Source: Chthoniobacterales bacterium
GTDB taxonomy: Bacteria > Verrucomicrobiota > Verrucomicrobiia > Chthoniobacterales > JACTMZ01
Assembly (NCBI GenBank): GCA_018402585.1
Contig: JAGYIO010000002.1
Coordinates: forward strand, 65,341 to 129,340
Direction of reading: 5' to 3'
Length of the DNA: 64,000 nt
Shown here: positions 27,391-36,672 of the stretch, in pieces
Numbering within the stretch: the first letter of the stretch is position 1
How the letters are laid out: every line of letters starts with the position of its first letter
Notes under the pieces: generated by a model
Told to the model about the DNA's origin: nothing
Seen by the model: only the letters and a program-made list of their open reading frames with translations
Databases searched by the model: none
Position numbers and translations under genes: made by a program

Positions 27391-28365
27391 TCAGGAGATG
27401 GCGAGGACCTTTTGGATGATGCGGTCGGCGGTGGGAAGCTGGAGTGCTTCGAGCGGGGGGCTGTAGATGGCGGGGGCGTCGAGGGAGCAGACGCGTTGCA
27501 CGGGGGCGTCGAGGTCGTCGAAGGCGCGTTCCTGGATCAGGCTGGCGATTTGCGCGGAGACCCCGCAGAAGGGTTTGTTTTCGTCGACCAAGACGGCGCG
27601 GTGGGTTTTGCGCACGCTCGCGAGGATGGTTTCTTCGTCGAGCGGACGGATGCTGCGGAGGTCGACCACTTCGGCCGAGATGTTGAATTCTTCGTGCAGG
27701 CGGTGGGCGGCGGCCAGGGCGGTGAGCACGGCACGTCCGTGGGCGATGAGCGAGACGTCGGTGCCTTCACGTTTGAGGTCGGCCACGCCGATGGGAATGA
27801 CATAGTCGCCTTCGGGAACTTCGCCTTGTTCGCCGTAGAGGAGGGTGTTTTCCATGAAGCAGACCGGGTCGTTGTCCCGGATGGCGGCTTTCATCAGTCC
27901 TTTGGCGTCGGCCGGGGTGGCGGGGCAGACGACTTTGAGACCCGGGGTGTTGGCCAGGAAGTTTTCCGGGGTGTGCGAGTGGGTCGCGCCGACATTGGTG
28001 CCGCCGTTGGAGGGTCCGCGGATGACGAGCGGGCAGTTGATCAGCCCGCCCGACATGTAGCGCACGCAGCCGGCGTTGTTGATGATCTGGTCGTAGGCCA
28101 CGTAGGCGAAGCTCCAGAACATGAGTTCCATCACGGGGCGCAGACCCATCATGGCGGCCCCCACCCCGAGGCCGATGAAGCCGGCTTCGCTGATCGGAGT
28201 GTCGACCACGCGTTTGTCGCCGAAGCGCTTCCAGAGACCCTCGGTGATTTTGTAGGCGCCGTTGTATTCGGCGACTTCCTCGCCCATCACGATGACCTTT
28301 TCATCGCGCTCGAGTTCTTCGGCGAGGGCGTCGTTGAGGGCTTGGCGGTAGGTGATGACGGGCAT
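27391..28365 (-). CDS. pdhB: pyruvate dehydrogenase E1 component beta subunit
   Basis: 324 aa. MPVITYRQALNDALAEELERDEKVIVMGEEV and RVVDTPISEAGF are typical of the E1-beta transketolase-like fold. Confidence 0.95.
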   Translation of the reverse strand: MPVITYRQALNDALAEELERDEKVIVMGEEVAEYNGAYKITEGLWKRFGDKRVVDTPISEAGFIGLGVGAAMMGLRPVMELMFWSFAYVAYDQIINNAGCVRYMSGGLINCPLVIRGPSNGGTNVGATHSHTPENFLANTPGLKVVCPATPADAKGLMKAAIRDNDPVCFMENTLLYGEQGEVPEGDYVIPIGVADLKREGTDVSLIAHGRAVLTALAAAHRLHEEFNISAEVVDLRSIRPLDEETILASVRKTHRAVLVDENKPFCGVSAQIASLIQERAFDDLDAPVQRVCSLDAPAIYSPPLEALQLPTADRIIQKVLAIS

Positions 28366-28380
28366 GCTGGAGAGAGATTA

Positions 28381-28405
28381 CAGATTTGAAATTTGAGATT
28401 TCAGA
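28381..28405. repeat. AT-rich word repeat CAGATTTGAAATTTGAGATTTCAGA
   Basis: Second copy of the 25381..25405 word. It is followed by another AGATTTCAGA. Confidence 0.6.
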
Positions 28406-28437
28406 AAGAGAGATTTCAGATAAATACGGAGAGCAAC

Positions 28438-29538
28438 TTAGTCGTTGAAGAAGTGGCGGCCGGTTTGGCCGGCCTCGGTGCCCAGGTCGACTTCGTAGTA
28501 GATGTCGCTGTAGATGTCTTCCAACTCGGGGAACGGGCTGTCTTCGGCGAATTGCACGGCGGTGGCGGCTTCCTTTTTTGCGGCATCGTCGATTGTTTTG
28601 AGGCCGGCGTCGTCGAGGATCCCCTCCTCTCTTAGGCGTTTTTCCCAAAGGGTGATCGGATCGTGGTTCTGTTTGTAGAACTCGATCTCCTCGGGTGAGC
28701 GGTATTTCTTCGCGTTGGCGTCGGCTACGGAGTGTCCGTAGTAGCGGTAGGTGTCAATCTCCAGCAGGGTGGGTCGGCATTTTTCGTGGGCGCGTTGCAT
28801 GGCCTCCCATGTTTTGGCCCGGACTTCGTAGAGGTCCTCGCCGTTGACGGTGTCCCAATCAATATTGTAGCCCTCGGCGCGCTCGGCCAGGCAGCCTTTG
28901 ATCGCGGAAGAGCGGGCTTGGCTCGTGCCCATGGAATACTGGTTGTTTTCGATGATGTAGATCACGGGGATGTCCCAAAGCGAGGCGAGGTTGAGCGACT
29001 CGTGGTAGACCCCTTGGTTGACCGCACCGTCGCCGAGAAAAGTGAGGCAGCAGCCTTTGAGGCCTTGGTATTTGAGGGCGTAGGCGATGCCGAGCCCGAG
29101 CGGGGTTTGTCCGGCGACAATCCCGTGGCCGCCCCAGAAATTTTTATCCGGCGCGAAGAAGTGCATTGAGCCCCCCTTCCCTTTCGAGCATCCGGTGGCC
29201 TTGCCGAAAAGTTCGGCCATGCATTCATTCATCGACATGCCGACCCCGAGGGCGTGGCCGTGATCGCGGTAGGCGGTGATGACGTGGTCGTGCTCGCCCA
29301 TCAGCGCGATGGTGCCGACCGCGACGGATTCTTGTCCGATGTAAAGATGGAGGAAGCCGCCCATTTTTCCCTGCTGGTAGAGCTTGAGGGAGGCCTGCTC
29401 GAAACGGCGGATGCGGAGCATGTCGGCGAGGAAGCCGAGCTTTTGCTTCGTGGTCAGGTCGGCGTTGATCGCAGCCTTGGCGTAATCGACCGGGTGGGGT
29501 CCGGTTTTTTTGGGTTTTTCGGCGCGGGTGACGCTCAC
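28438..29538 (-). CDS. pdhA: pyruvate dehydrogenase E1 component alpha subunit
   Basis: 366 aa. It has the TPP motif GDGAVNQG..NN and YRYYGHSVAD (phospho-loop type sequence). Confidence 0.95.
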   Translation of the reverse strand: MSVTRAEKPKKTGPHPVDYAKAAINADLTTKQKLGFLADMLRIRRFEQASLKLYQQGKMGGFLHLYIGQESVAVGTIALMGEHDHVITAYRDHGHALGVGMSMNECMAELFGKATGCSKGKGGSMHFFAPDKNFWGGHGIVAGQTPLGLGIAYALKYQGLKGCCLTFLGDGAVNQGVYHESLNLASLWDIPVIYIIENNQYSMGTSQARSSAIKGCLAERAEGYNIDWDTVNGEDLYEVRAKTWEAMQRAHEKCRPTLLEIDTYRYYGHSVADANAKKYRSPEEIEFYKQNHDPITLWEKRLREEGILDDAGLKTIDDAAKKEAATAVQFAEDSPFPELEDIYSDIYYEVDLGTEAGQTGRHFFND

Positions 29539-29910
29539 GGGTGAATCTGCAATAAGGGTGGATACGGGTTGCGGCGGCGCCGCGGATGCGGGCGGCGAAG
29601 AAGCTGCCTGCGGGAAGGCGAGATCGTGAGGAAAATCAGACCTTTTGGCAAATTGAATTGGAAGGGGGGACGGAGAGGGCTGAGACTTGAGTTGGAAACT
29701 TGAGTCAGAGGGTGGGTGTTTTTACCCGGACGCGGATTGAGGGACTTGGGGTTGTCTCATGAATTGGGTTCGGATTTAAAATTTGAAATTTTAGATGGCC
29801 GGAGGAGTTGCTCTGACATTCTTGGGCGGGTCTTGCTTGTCGGGTGGGTTGGATTTAGGCTGCAGGATGCGCCTTGGGGAAAGATAAGTTCCTCAGCGAG
29901 AATATTTTAT

Positions 29911-30312
29911 ATGCAAACTACTGAACAGCAATTAGTTGCGCAAGCAATTGACGTGGCCGGGCGGGCTTATGCGCCCTATTCCAAGTTTCAGGTTGGAGCG
30001 GTTTTGGTCGGGAAGGATGGGCGGACTTTTACCGGGTGCAATGTGGAGAATATCAGCTTTGGGCTGACGATCTGTGCGGAGCGGAATGCGGTCTTTGCCG
30101 CGGTCGCGGCGGGGTGTCGGGAGTTTACGCGGATCGTCATCGTGGCCGACACCGAGGTGCCGGCTTCGCCTTGCGGGGCTTGCCGGCAGGTCTTGGCCGA
30201 GTTTCATCCCGACCTCGAGGTGGTCTTGGCGAACTTTCGGGGTCAGACGGAGATGTTCCGACTTTCTCAGCTCCTCCCCCGCCCTACGGCGGGGATTTTG
30301 GATCGTCCCTGA
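29911..30312 (+). CDS. cdd: cytidine deaminase
   Basis: Start taken at MQTTEQQLVAQAIDVA. The zinc ligands CAERNA and PCGACRQ are present. The upstream 65 codons of track ORF 29716..30312 run through word repeats. Confidence 0.9.
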   Translation: MQTTEQQLVAQAIDVAGRAYAPYSKFQVGAVLVGKDGRTFTGCNVENISFGLTICAERNAVFAAVAAGCREFTRIVIVADTEVPASPCGACRQVLAEFHPDLEVVLANFRGQTEMFRLSQLLPRPTAGILDRP

Positions 30313-30327
30313 CGTTCCACGTGGAAC

Positions 30328-32244
30328 ATGAGCAGCATGTATGAGTATCCGGAGACTTTAGACGTTCTGGTCCTGGGGGCGGGGCACGCGGGGGTCGAGG
30401 CGGGTTTGGCCGCGACTCGACTCGGAGCGCGGACCGGGATTCTGACCCAAAACCTGGATACCATCGGGCAAATGTCTTGCAACCCGGCGATTGGGGGCTT
30501 GGCCAAGGGACATCTGGTGCGGGAGATTGATGCGCTGGGGGGCGTGATGGGTTCGAACACGGACGCCACGGGAATCCAGTTCCGGATGCTGAACGCGGGG
30601 AAGGGTCCGAGCGTACAGGCGCTACGGGCCCAGTGCGACAAGAAGGCCTATCAGTTCCGCCTGAAGTGGGTCCTCGAGCACTCCCCTCGCCTTCATTTAC
30701 TGCAAGGAAATGCGGTGCGGATCTTGGTCGAAAACGACCGGGTGGTCGGGGTGGAGACCAACCTCGGGTTGCGTTATCGGGCGCGGTCCGTCGTGGTCAC
30801 CGCGGGAACCTTTATGCGGGGGCTGATGCATGTCGGGCTGCAGAGTGTGGTGGGCGGGCGGATGGGCGATGCGGTGTCGACTTTGAGTGATTCTTTGCAG
30901 GAGCTGGGCTTGAGGGTGGAGCGGTTCAAGACGGGAACGCCGTGCCGGTTACTCGGGCGGTCGATTGATTTCTCAAAGTGTCAGCGTCAGGACGGGGACT
31001 CCCCTGCCCCGATGTTTAGTTTTTTTCCCGAGGATTGGTCCGAGCAGAATACGGATCGGCGCGGTTGTTCAAAGAAAGACCCTTTCACCCTGAATCGGTG
31101 GGCGGACGGCCAGTTCCAGGTGGAACAAATACCTTGCTGGATCACTTACACCAACGCGCAGACCCATGGCCTGATCCGAGCTAATCTCGATAAATCACCG
31201 ATTTATGCGGGGATCATCGAGGGGGTCGGTCCGCGGTATTGTCCGTCGATCGAAGATAAAGTGGTCCGCTTTGCCCACCGGGAACGGCATCAGATTTTTC
31301 TCGAACCGGAGGGCCACCAGACCGGGGAATATTACGTCAACGGGGTTTCGACCAGTTTACCCTTTGAGGTGCAGTTGGCCTTTATCCGGTCGATCGCGGG
31401 ACTAGAGGCGGCGCACATTTTGCGGGCCGGGTATGCCGTGGAGTATGACTATTGTCCGCCGACCCAACTGCAAGTGACGCTGGAGACCAAGTCGATCGAG
31501 GGGCTATATTTGGCGGGTCAGATCAATGGGACGTCCGGCTACGAAGAAGCAGCGGCCCAGGGATTGGTCGCGGGGGCCAATGCGGCCCTCAAATTAGACG
31601 CCAAGCCCGCGTTCCACGTGGAACGTTCGGAGGGGTATCTCGGGGTCTTGATCGATGATTTGGTCACCCGCGGCACGCCCGAGCCTTATCGGATGTTCAC
31701 CAGCCGGGCGGAGTTCCGCTTGCTCCTACGACAGGACAATGCTGATCTGCGTTTGCTCGGGAAGGCGAGGGGAGCCGGGCTGATTTCCGCCGAGCGTGCG
31801 GTCAAGACGGAAGCAAAAGCCGGGGCGATCGAGGCCCTGAAAGAAAAATCACAAATTGTTCGTTATGATGGTATTACACTTTACCAATGGATCCGCCGGC
31901 CGGGAAACCTTTTCCAAGCCTTGCCGGCCGATTTGCGGGGGTTGGCTCCGGAGGCTGTTTGGGCCCAGGCCGAAGCGGATTTGAAATATGAGGGCTACAT
32001 CCGTCGTGATCTGGCCTCCGTGGCCCGGCAGCGGCGGCAGGAAAGCCAACCTCTGCCGCCGGATCTGGATTACGTGAATATTCCCGGGCTGCGCGCTGAG
32101 TCGCGGCAGAAGTTGACGCAGGTGTGCCCGGCCACCCTTGGCCAAGCCTCGCGGATCAGCGGGGTGACGCCGGCCGATGTCGGCTTGCTCGCGGTTTGGG
32201 TTCGCAAGCGGCGAGGTGGGGCGGGCAAGGTGGCCGAGGTATGA
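30328..32244 (+). CDS. mnmG: tRNA uridine 5-carboxymethylaminomethyl modification enzyme MnmG (GidA)
   Basis: 638 aa. [36 protein letters not shown] and [11 protein letters not shown] are MnmG motifs. Confidence 0.96.
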   Translation: MSSMYEYPETLDVLVLGAGHAGVEAGLAATRLGARTGILTQNLDTIGQMSCNPAIGGLAKGHLVREIDALGGVMGSNTDATGIQFRMLNAGKGPSVQALRAQCDKKAYQFRLKWVLEHSPRLHLLQGNAVRILVENDRVVGVETNLGLRYRARSVVVTAGTFMRGLMHVGLQSVVGGRMGDAVSTLSDSLQELGLRVERFKTGTPCRLLGRSIDFSKCQRQDGDSPAPMFSFFPEDWSEQNTDRRGCSKKDPFTLNRWADGQFQVEQIPCWITYTNAQTHGLIRANLDKSPIYAGIIEGVGPRYCPSIEDKVVRFAHRERHQIFLEPEGHQTGEYYVNGVSTSLPFEVQLAFIRSIAGLEAAHILRAGYAVEYDYCPPTQLQVTLETKSIEGLYLAGQINGTSGYEEAAAQGLVAGANAALKLDAKPAFHVERSEGYLGVLIDDLVTRGTPEPYRMFTSRAEFRLLLRQDNADLRLLGKARGAGLISAERAVKTEAKAGAIEALKEKSQIVRYDGITLYQWIRRPGNLFQALPADLRGLAPEAVWAQAEADLKYEGYIRRDLASVARQRRQESQPLPPDLDYVNIPGLRAESRQKLTQVCPATLGQASRISGVTPADVGLLAVWVRKRRGGAGKVAEV

Positions 32245-32534
32245 GGGTGCTGGTGGCGATGTTGGCGGTGATGGCTCTTGTGGGGTGTGGAGAGAGTGTT
32301 GTCGTGAAGGAATGGGACGAAGGGGAGGCATGGGACCAATGGGCTCGCGGGGTAGAGGCGAAATTTCCGGTGGGGGATGCGGAGGGGCATGGACCAGATG
32401 TGGGCAGCGAGGAGTGGGCGCGGGCTTTGCAGTGGAAGCTGGGGACGGTGGAGAGCGAAAGCCATGGACCCGATCTCGGCTCGGCGGAGTGGCGGGCGGC
32501 GGTGGAGGAGAAGATCGGCGGGCTCGGGGAGTAG
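32241..32534 (+). CDS. small lipoprotein with internal duplication
   Basis: Its ATG overlaps the mnmG stop (ATGA). It has a lipobox (MALVGC) and two copies of HGPD(V/L)GS(E/A)EW. Confidence 0.5.
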   Translation: MRVLVAMLAVMALVGCGESVVVKEWDEGEAWDQWARGVEAKFPVGDAEGHGPDVGSEEWARALQWKLGTVESESHGPDLGSAEWRAAVEEKIGGLGE

Positions 32535-32592
32535 GGTTGAGACGCGCCGGGCTTTCGCCTTGGCGGGAAGCGAGTATGGTTGGAGAAGATTT

Positions 32593-33960
32593 ATGGCCTC
32601 GATTGATTTGCAGACAGCAGTGCCCGGGCCGCGGAGCCGGGCGGTCTTTGCCGAGCGGGTCAAGCAGGTGGCGCCGGGGCCGTTCCATACCACGCCGATT
32701 GTCGCGGAGCGGGCGGAGGGGGCGACGATTACCGATCTGGATGGCAACACGTTTTTGGATTTTGCCTGCGGGATCGGGGTGGCGAATTTGGGGCACAACG
32801 AACCGTCGGTCGTGGCGGCGGTCAAGGCGCAGGCCGATAAATTTTTCCACACGAGCATCAATGTGGTGGCCTATGAGGGCTATGTGGAGGTGGCCAAGCG
32901 GCTCAATGCGCGGGCGCCGGGGGATTTTGCCAAGAAGACCTTTCTGGCCAGTTCGGGGGCGGAGGCGGTGGAGAATGCGATCAAGTTTGCCCGGGCTTAC
33001 ACCAAGCGCCAGGCGGTGATTTGCTTCGAGCATGCCTTCCATGGGCGCACTTACCTGGCGATGGCTTTGACCGGGAAGGCGAATCCTTACAAGAGCGGGT
33101 TCGGTCCGTTTCCCGGGGAGATTTATCGCGCACCCTTTCCGGATTTTTACCGCTGGCCGGGGGTGGAGGGCGAGGCGCCGGTTTGTCCGGGAACATTGCC
33201 CTGCGGGCTGGCGCGGTGCTTCTGCGCTGAGGCTTTTGCGCGGTTTGCCGAAATCGCCCAGGCCGACATTGGCGAGACAAATGTGGCCGCGGTGATCATC
33301 GAACCGGTGACCGGCGAGGGCGGTTTTATTCCGGTGCCGGCGCCGTTTTTGCGCATGTTGCGCGAGTGGTGCGACCGGCATGGGGTGGTCCTGATTTTCG
33401 ACGAGATCCAGACCGGCTTCGGTCGGACCGGAACGCTTTTCGCTTGCGAGCAGTCCGGGGTGGCGCCGGATTTGCTCGTCTTGGCCAAGGGTTTGGCCAA
33501 CGGGCTGCCGCTCTCCGCGGTGACGGGGAAAGCGGAGGTGATCGATGCGGTCGGGGTGGGCGGGGTGGGGGGCACTTATGCCGGAAATCCCGTGGCGTGT
33601 GCCGCGGCCCTGGCCGTGATGGACAAATTTGACGATCCTGAGACTCTGAAGCAGGCCCGCAAGCTCGGGAGACTCTTAGAAGACCGTTTGGAGTCTTGGT
33701 TTCAGAAATACCCGCGCATTGGGCAGGTGCGGGGTCTGGGGCCGATGCGGGCGATGGAATTGGTCAAGGATCGGGCCACGAAGGAGCCGGACAAAGCGGC
33801 CGCGGCCGCTTTGGTGAAGCACAACTACGAAAATGGGGTGATCACTTTATCCTGCGGGACGCACGGCAATGTGCTCCGGTTTTTGCTTCCGTTGATCGCC
33901 ACCGAAGAGCAGCTGAATGAGGGGTTGGAGGTGATTGAGGCGGGGTTGGCCAAGCTTTGA
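32593..33960 (+). CDS. gabT: class-III aminotransferase, 4-aminobutyrate--2-oxoglutarate transaminase-like
   Basis: Start taken at MASIDLQTAVPGPRS. SSGAEAVENAIK, EPVTGEGGF, FDEIQTGFGRTG and LAKGLANG (PLP Lys) are present. Confidence 0.85.
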   Translation: MASIDLQTAVPGPRSRAVFAERVKQVAPGPFHTTPIVAERAEGATITDLDGNTFLDFACGIGVANLGHNEPSVVAAVKAQADKFFHTSINVVAYEGYVEVAKRLNARAPGDFAKKTFLASSGAEAVENAIKFARAYTKRQAVICFEHAFHGRTYLAMALTGKANPYKSGFGPFPGEIYRAPFPDFYRWPGVEGEAPVCPGTLPCGLARCFCAEAFARFAEIAQADIGETNVAAVIIEPVTGEGGFIPVPAPFLRMLREWCDRHGVVLIFDEIQTGFGRTGTLFACEQSGVAPDLLVLAKGLANGLPLSAVTGKAEVIDAVGVGGVGGTYAGNPVACAAALAVMDKFDDPETLKQARKLGRLLEDRLESWFQKYPRIGQVRGLGPMRAMELVKDRATKEPDKAAAAALVKHNYENGVITLSCGTHGNVLRFLLPLIATEEQLNEGLEVIEAGLAKL

Positions 33961-33964
33961 CCCC

Positions 33965-34468
33965 ATGGAAGCGCGCAGCATCGAAGCCATTGTGCGCGCC
34001 CTGAACGAGGCGGGGATACGTTATCTGGTGGTCGGCGGTTTGGCGGTCAATGCGCATGGTTACGCACGGATGACGCGTGACCTTGATTTGGTCATCCAGC
34101 TGGAGCCGGGCAACACGGAGCGAGGTTTGCGCGCTTTGCTTGAGGTCGGCTACCGCCTGATGATTCCGGAGCGACCCGAGGCCTTTGCCGATCCGGCGAA
34201 AAGGGAAGCCTGGCGTCGGGACAAGGGCATGATCGTGCTCAAGCTCTGGAGCGACGAACACCGCCGCACGCCGGTTGATGTGTTTGTTTACGAGCCTTTT
34301 CCTTTCGATGAGGAATACAAGGTCGCCGCGTGGGTCGAAGTCGCGCCCGGATTGGAGGCGTCTGTCGTGTCGTTGCCCACCTTGTTGCAAATGAAGCGGG
34401 AGGCGGGACGGCCGCGGGATCTGGACGATATCAACGAATTACAACGCGGTGAAAAAGACGTCGGATAA
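33965..34468 (+). CDS. nucleotidyltransferase-fold protein (DUF6036-like)
   Basis: Start taken at MEARSIE. YLVVGGLAVNAHGYARMTRDLDLVI matches the GG..hG..R.T.DlDl NTase pattern, with a C-terminal LLQMKREAGRPRDLDDINEL. Confidence 0.6.
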   Translation: MEARSIEAIVRALNEAGIRYLVVGGLAVNAHGYARMTRDLDLVIQLEPGNTERGLRALLEVGYRLMIPERPEAFADPAKREAWRRDKGMIVLKLWSDEHRRTPVDVFVYEPFPFDEEYKVAAWVEVAPGLEASVVSLPTLLQMKREAGRPRDLDDINELQRGEKDVG

Positions 34469-34652
34469 AATCAAACCGGATTGGCATTGGGGCACCCCGG
34501 AGGGCAGTCGTGAGTTCGATCGCCTGGTCGATCGCGGCATGACCTTTCGCGAGACGCTCGCATGGCTTGAGGAAGCGGAAACGCTGGCCTTGCGGATGGC
34601 GGCCGGGGGTTTGCGGAAGCGGGAAGGATCAACCGGCTCAGACGGCCGGTGA
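34449..34652 (+). CDS. small hypothetical protein overlapping the NTase 3' end
   Basis: 67-aa ORF that overlaps the NTase gene by 20 nt on the same strand. I recognise no family. Confidence 0.3.
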   Translation: MKKTSDKIKPDWHWGTPEGSREFDRLVDRGMTFRETLAWLEEAETLALRMAAGGLRKREGSTGSDGR

Positions 34653-34715
34653 ATCCGCGGGGCTGGCGAAGTCGGGTTGAGATAAACCGCAGAGGACATG
34701 GAGGATGGCTGGCAT

Positions 34716-34952
34716 CTTAGCCGTAACGATGCAGTTGAAGACGCAATAAAAGCGCGGCTTGGCTCGGTTTGTCCAGGGGGCACGGCCGTCCCGGCCGTGT
34801 TGTTTGATGTTGTTTGATCGTGACGGGCGGGACGCCCGTGCCCCTTGGCCACGTGCCAACTCGCTCACCAAATAGTTAGTCAACTCTCGCCCAGGCGCGC
34901 CTCTGTGGCTGCGCCCGTAAATGGCGGAATGTTTTGCATCGTTACGGCTTAG
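34716..34952 (+). mobile_element. MITE-like element, copy 1 (about 237 bp, terminal inverted repeat CTTAGCCGTAAC / GTTACGGCTTAG)
   Basis: It aligns end to end with 49561..49797 at roughly nine-tenths identity by eye. It contains hairpins CACGGCCG-TCC-CGGCCGTG and ACGGGCG-GGA-CGCCCGT and has no coding capacity. Confidence 0.65.
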
Positions 34953-34990
34953 CCCTTGCGTGGCCGCCGGGACGTGACACATTTTTTTTC

Positions 34991-35191
34991 ATGAGCATCG
35001 CGACTTTGCAGCAAGAGGTGCAGGCTTTGCCGGCTGAGGATCAGGATAAGTTGGCGGCCTTCCTTCTTTCGCTCCGGATGAAGCGCGACGGTCTGCTGGA
35101 GGAGATCTCGCGCCGGTTGGATGACAGCAACCCGTCAGGCTGGGTCGAGTGGAATGCTCTCAAAGGCTCCGCCGACAAGAAAAGCGCGTGA
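34991..35191 (+). CDS. putative addiction-module antitoxin component
   Basis: Start taken at MSIATLQQEVQALPAEDQDKLAAFLLSL. The L.LP..ER..LA pattern is typical of the short antitoxin-like family that pairs with RelE/ParE. Confidence 0.55.
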   Translation: MSIATLQQEVQALPAEDQDKLAAFLLSLRMKRDGLLEEISRRLDDSNPSGWVEWNALKGSADKKSA

Positions 35192-35319
35192 AACCCTACG
35201 CGGTTTACCTGCGTATCGAAGCGGCTGAGTTGCTGAAATCTGTCGCGACGCGGAGGGAACAGCGGGCGGCGGTGATCAAGCGCGCGCCGTGGAAATCCAG
35301 ACCGCTCATCAAATGGTGA
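35188..35319 (+). pseudogene. truncated RelE/ParE-like toxin (43 codons)
   Basis: Its GTG overlaps the antitoxin stop (GTGA). VKPYAVYLRIEAAELLKSVATRREQRAAVIKR resembles a ParE/RelE N-terminus, but the frame stops after 43 codons. Confidence 0.4.
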
Positions 35320-35389
35320 GCGCAATCCCGCACCCGCGGCCGTCTGTTTGCACCGCGGATAAACCGGTTGTTTTCGTTTGGTTACGGGC

Positions 35390-35520
35390 TCAGGCGGCCA
35401 GTGAATCTGCGCGGATGATTTGCGACCGCGCGTGGCGCTCGTTCCAGGCCGTGATTTGACGGTCGGCGGTGATCGAGGGCACGCCGAGGAGAAGATGACC
35501 TTGGGGGTTGCGGTCAAGGC
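35390..35520 (-). pseudogene. 3' remnant of a second PIN-domain (VapC) toxin gene
   Basis: LLLGVPSITADRQITAWNERHARSQIIRADSLAA parallels the C-terminus of the intact VapC at 35986..36402 (LVLGVPLITADHQIISWNERHARLQIIRADSLAT). No PIN N-terminal half is present. Confidence 0.55.
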
Positions 35521-35569
35521 GGGGTGAGAGCACTCTTCGGCGATGCACCCGTCGCTGCGGTCTCCCGGG

Positions 35570-35965
35570 ATGATTGCGGTCATTGCCTTGGCCTCGCTTC
35601 TGGCCGGGGCGTGTGAGCCTCGGCGCGCAGGGCATGCGCTGGAAGGAGGTTGGTTAGCGGATGACGGGACCGTATTTGTTTTCCGTCCGGACGGGACTTT
35701 CCACGGCTACGATTTTCGAAAGCACGAGATTTGGGGCAACTGGGTCACGCTCTCACGGGTCCGCATTGGTTTCCAAAGTCTGTTGCACGATTCCTTTTAC
35801 AATCCGCAGTATGCCATCCTCGACGAGATGAACCCCGACCGCATGAACTACATTGTCACCGGTGGCAACAACTTCATCGGTGCGCGCCGCGTGGATCTGG
35901 AAGAAGCCGCGGCAGCGGTGCGTTTGATTGTTGAGCCGAAGGTGCATCGGCCCGAGGCGGATTGA
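35570..35965 (+). CDS. hypothetical lipoprotein
   Basis: Start taken at MIAVIALASLLAGAC (lipobox). An alternative start is at 35543. I recognise no family. Confidence 0.5.
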   Translation: MIAVIALASLLAGACEPRRAGHALEGGWLADDGTVFVFRPDGTFHGYDFRKHEIWGNWVTLSRVRIGFQSLLHDSFYNPQYAILDEMNPDRMNYIVTGGNNFIGARRVDLEEAAAAVRLIVEPKVHRPEAD

Positions 35966-35985
35966 CCGAAAAGTTTCCGCCCGCC

Positions 35986-36402
35986 CTACGTCGCCAATGA
36001 GTCCGCGCGGATGATTTGCAAGCGCGCATGGCGCTCGTTCCAGCTGATGATTTGATGGTCGGCGGTGATCAGGGGCACGCCGAGGACGAGCGCCGTGGCG
36101 ACGATGAGGCGATCAGCGGGGTCGCCGTGGAAATCTTCCAAACGACAGCTTTCGAGGCTGATCTCGGGATGGAGGGGTTCGAGGCGGACTGGGGGCTGGA
36201 GATTTTCGCGGATCCACCGGTCCACCTCAGGCTGCAATTCGAGGCGGCCTTTGGACGCCAGCACGGCCACCTCCCAGATGGAAATCGCCGGGACAATCGC
36301 GGTGCCGCGGAAGTTTTCCAAGGCCCGGAGTTGCCGGTCACCGGCGGACGCGCGCAGCCAGATGTGCGTGTCGAAAACGGCCGCAGCGGTTTTCTCAAGC
36401 AC
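35986..36402 (-). CDS. vapC: PIN-domain toxin VapC
   Basis: The GTG start overlaps the antitoxin stop. FDTHIWL (first acidic residue), SIWEVAVLASKGRL and HGDPADRLIVATAL are PIN motifs. Confidence 0.85.
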   Translation of the reverse strand: MLEKTAAAVFDTHIWLRASAGDRQLRALENFRGTAIVPAISIWEVAVLASKGRLELQPEVDRWIRENLQPPVRLEPLHPEISLESCRLEDFHGDPADRLIVATALVLGVPLITADHQIISWNERHARLQIIRADSLAT

Positions 36403-36619
36403 TGGCCTGCCAGATTTCGCCCGTGGCGAGGGCATCGTCGTGCAGGGCCACGGTGCCGGACGCCCGTCCGAACAAAAGGGGCGCGGGTGCCTGCTCGACC
36501 GCGACCAATTCAACGGCCGGCTGTCCGTGACGGCTGACCACAATAGAACACTTCTCGCGTTGTACCTTCTTGATCAGGCCGAGGCACTTGGCTTTAAATT
36601 GGGTGACTGTCACTTCCAC
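36395..36619 (-). CDS. Phd/YefM-type antitoxin
   Basis: 74 aa. MEVTVTQFKAKCLGLIKKVQREKCSIVVSRHGQPAVELV is a typical prevent-host-death N-terminus. It lies directly upstream of vapC. Confidence 0.8.
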   Translation of the reverse strand: MEVTVTQFKAKCLGLIKKVQREKCSIVVSRHGQPAVELVAVEQAPAPLLFGRASGTVALHDDALATGEIWQASA

Positions 36620-36672
36620 AAAGTGACCATAGCATGACCACTATGATTTGTCCATCCTATGACGCACTAAAA

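Noticed and set aside
34439-34852. ORFs 34439..34852 and 49480..49698, which share the peptide MAKGHGRPARHDQTTSNNTAGTAVPPGQTEPSRAFIASSTA and could be read as a duplicated gene.
   Set aside because: The shared part is exactly the MITE-like repeat read antisense. The similarity ends at the repeat borders and the sequence runs through hairpins. They are not coding.
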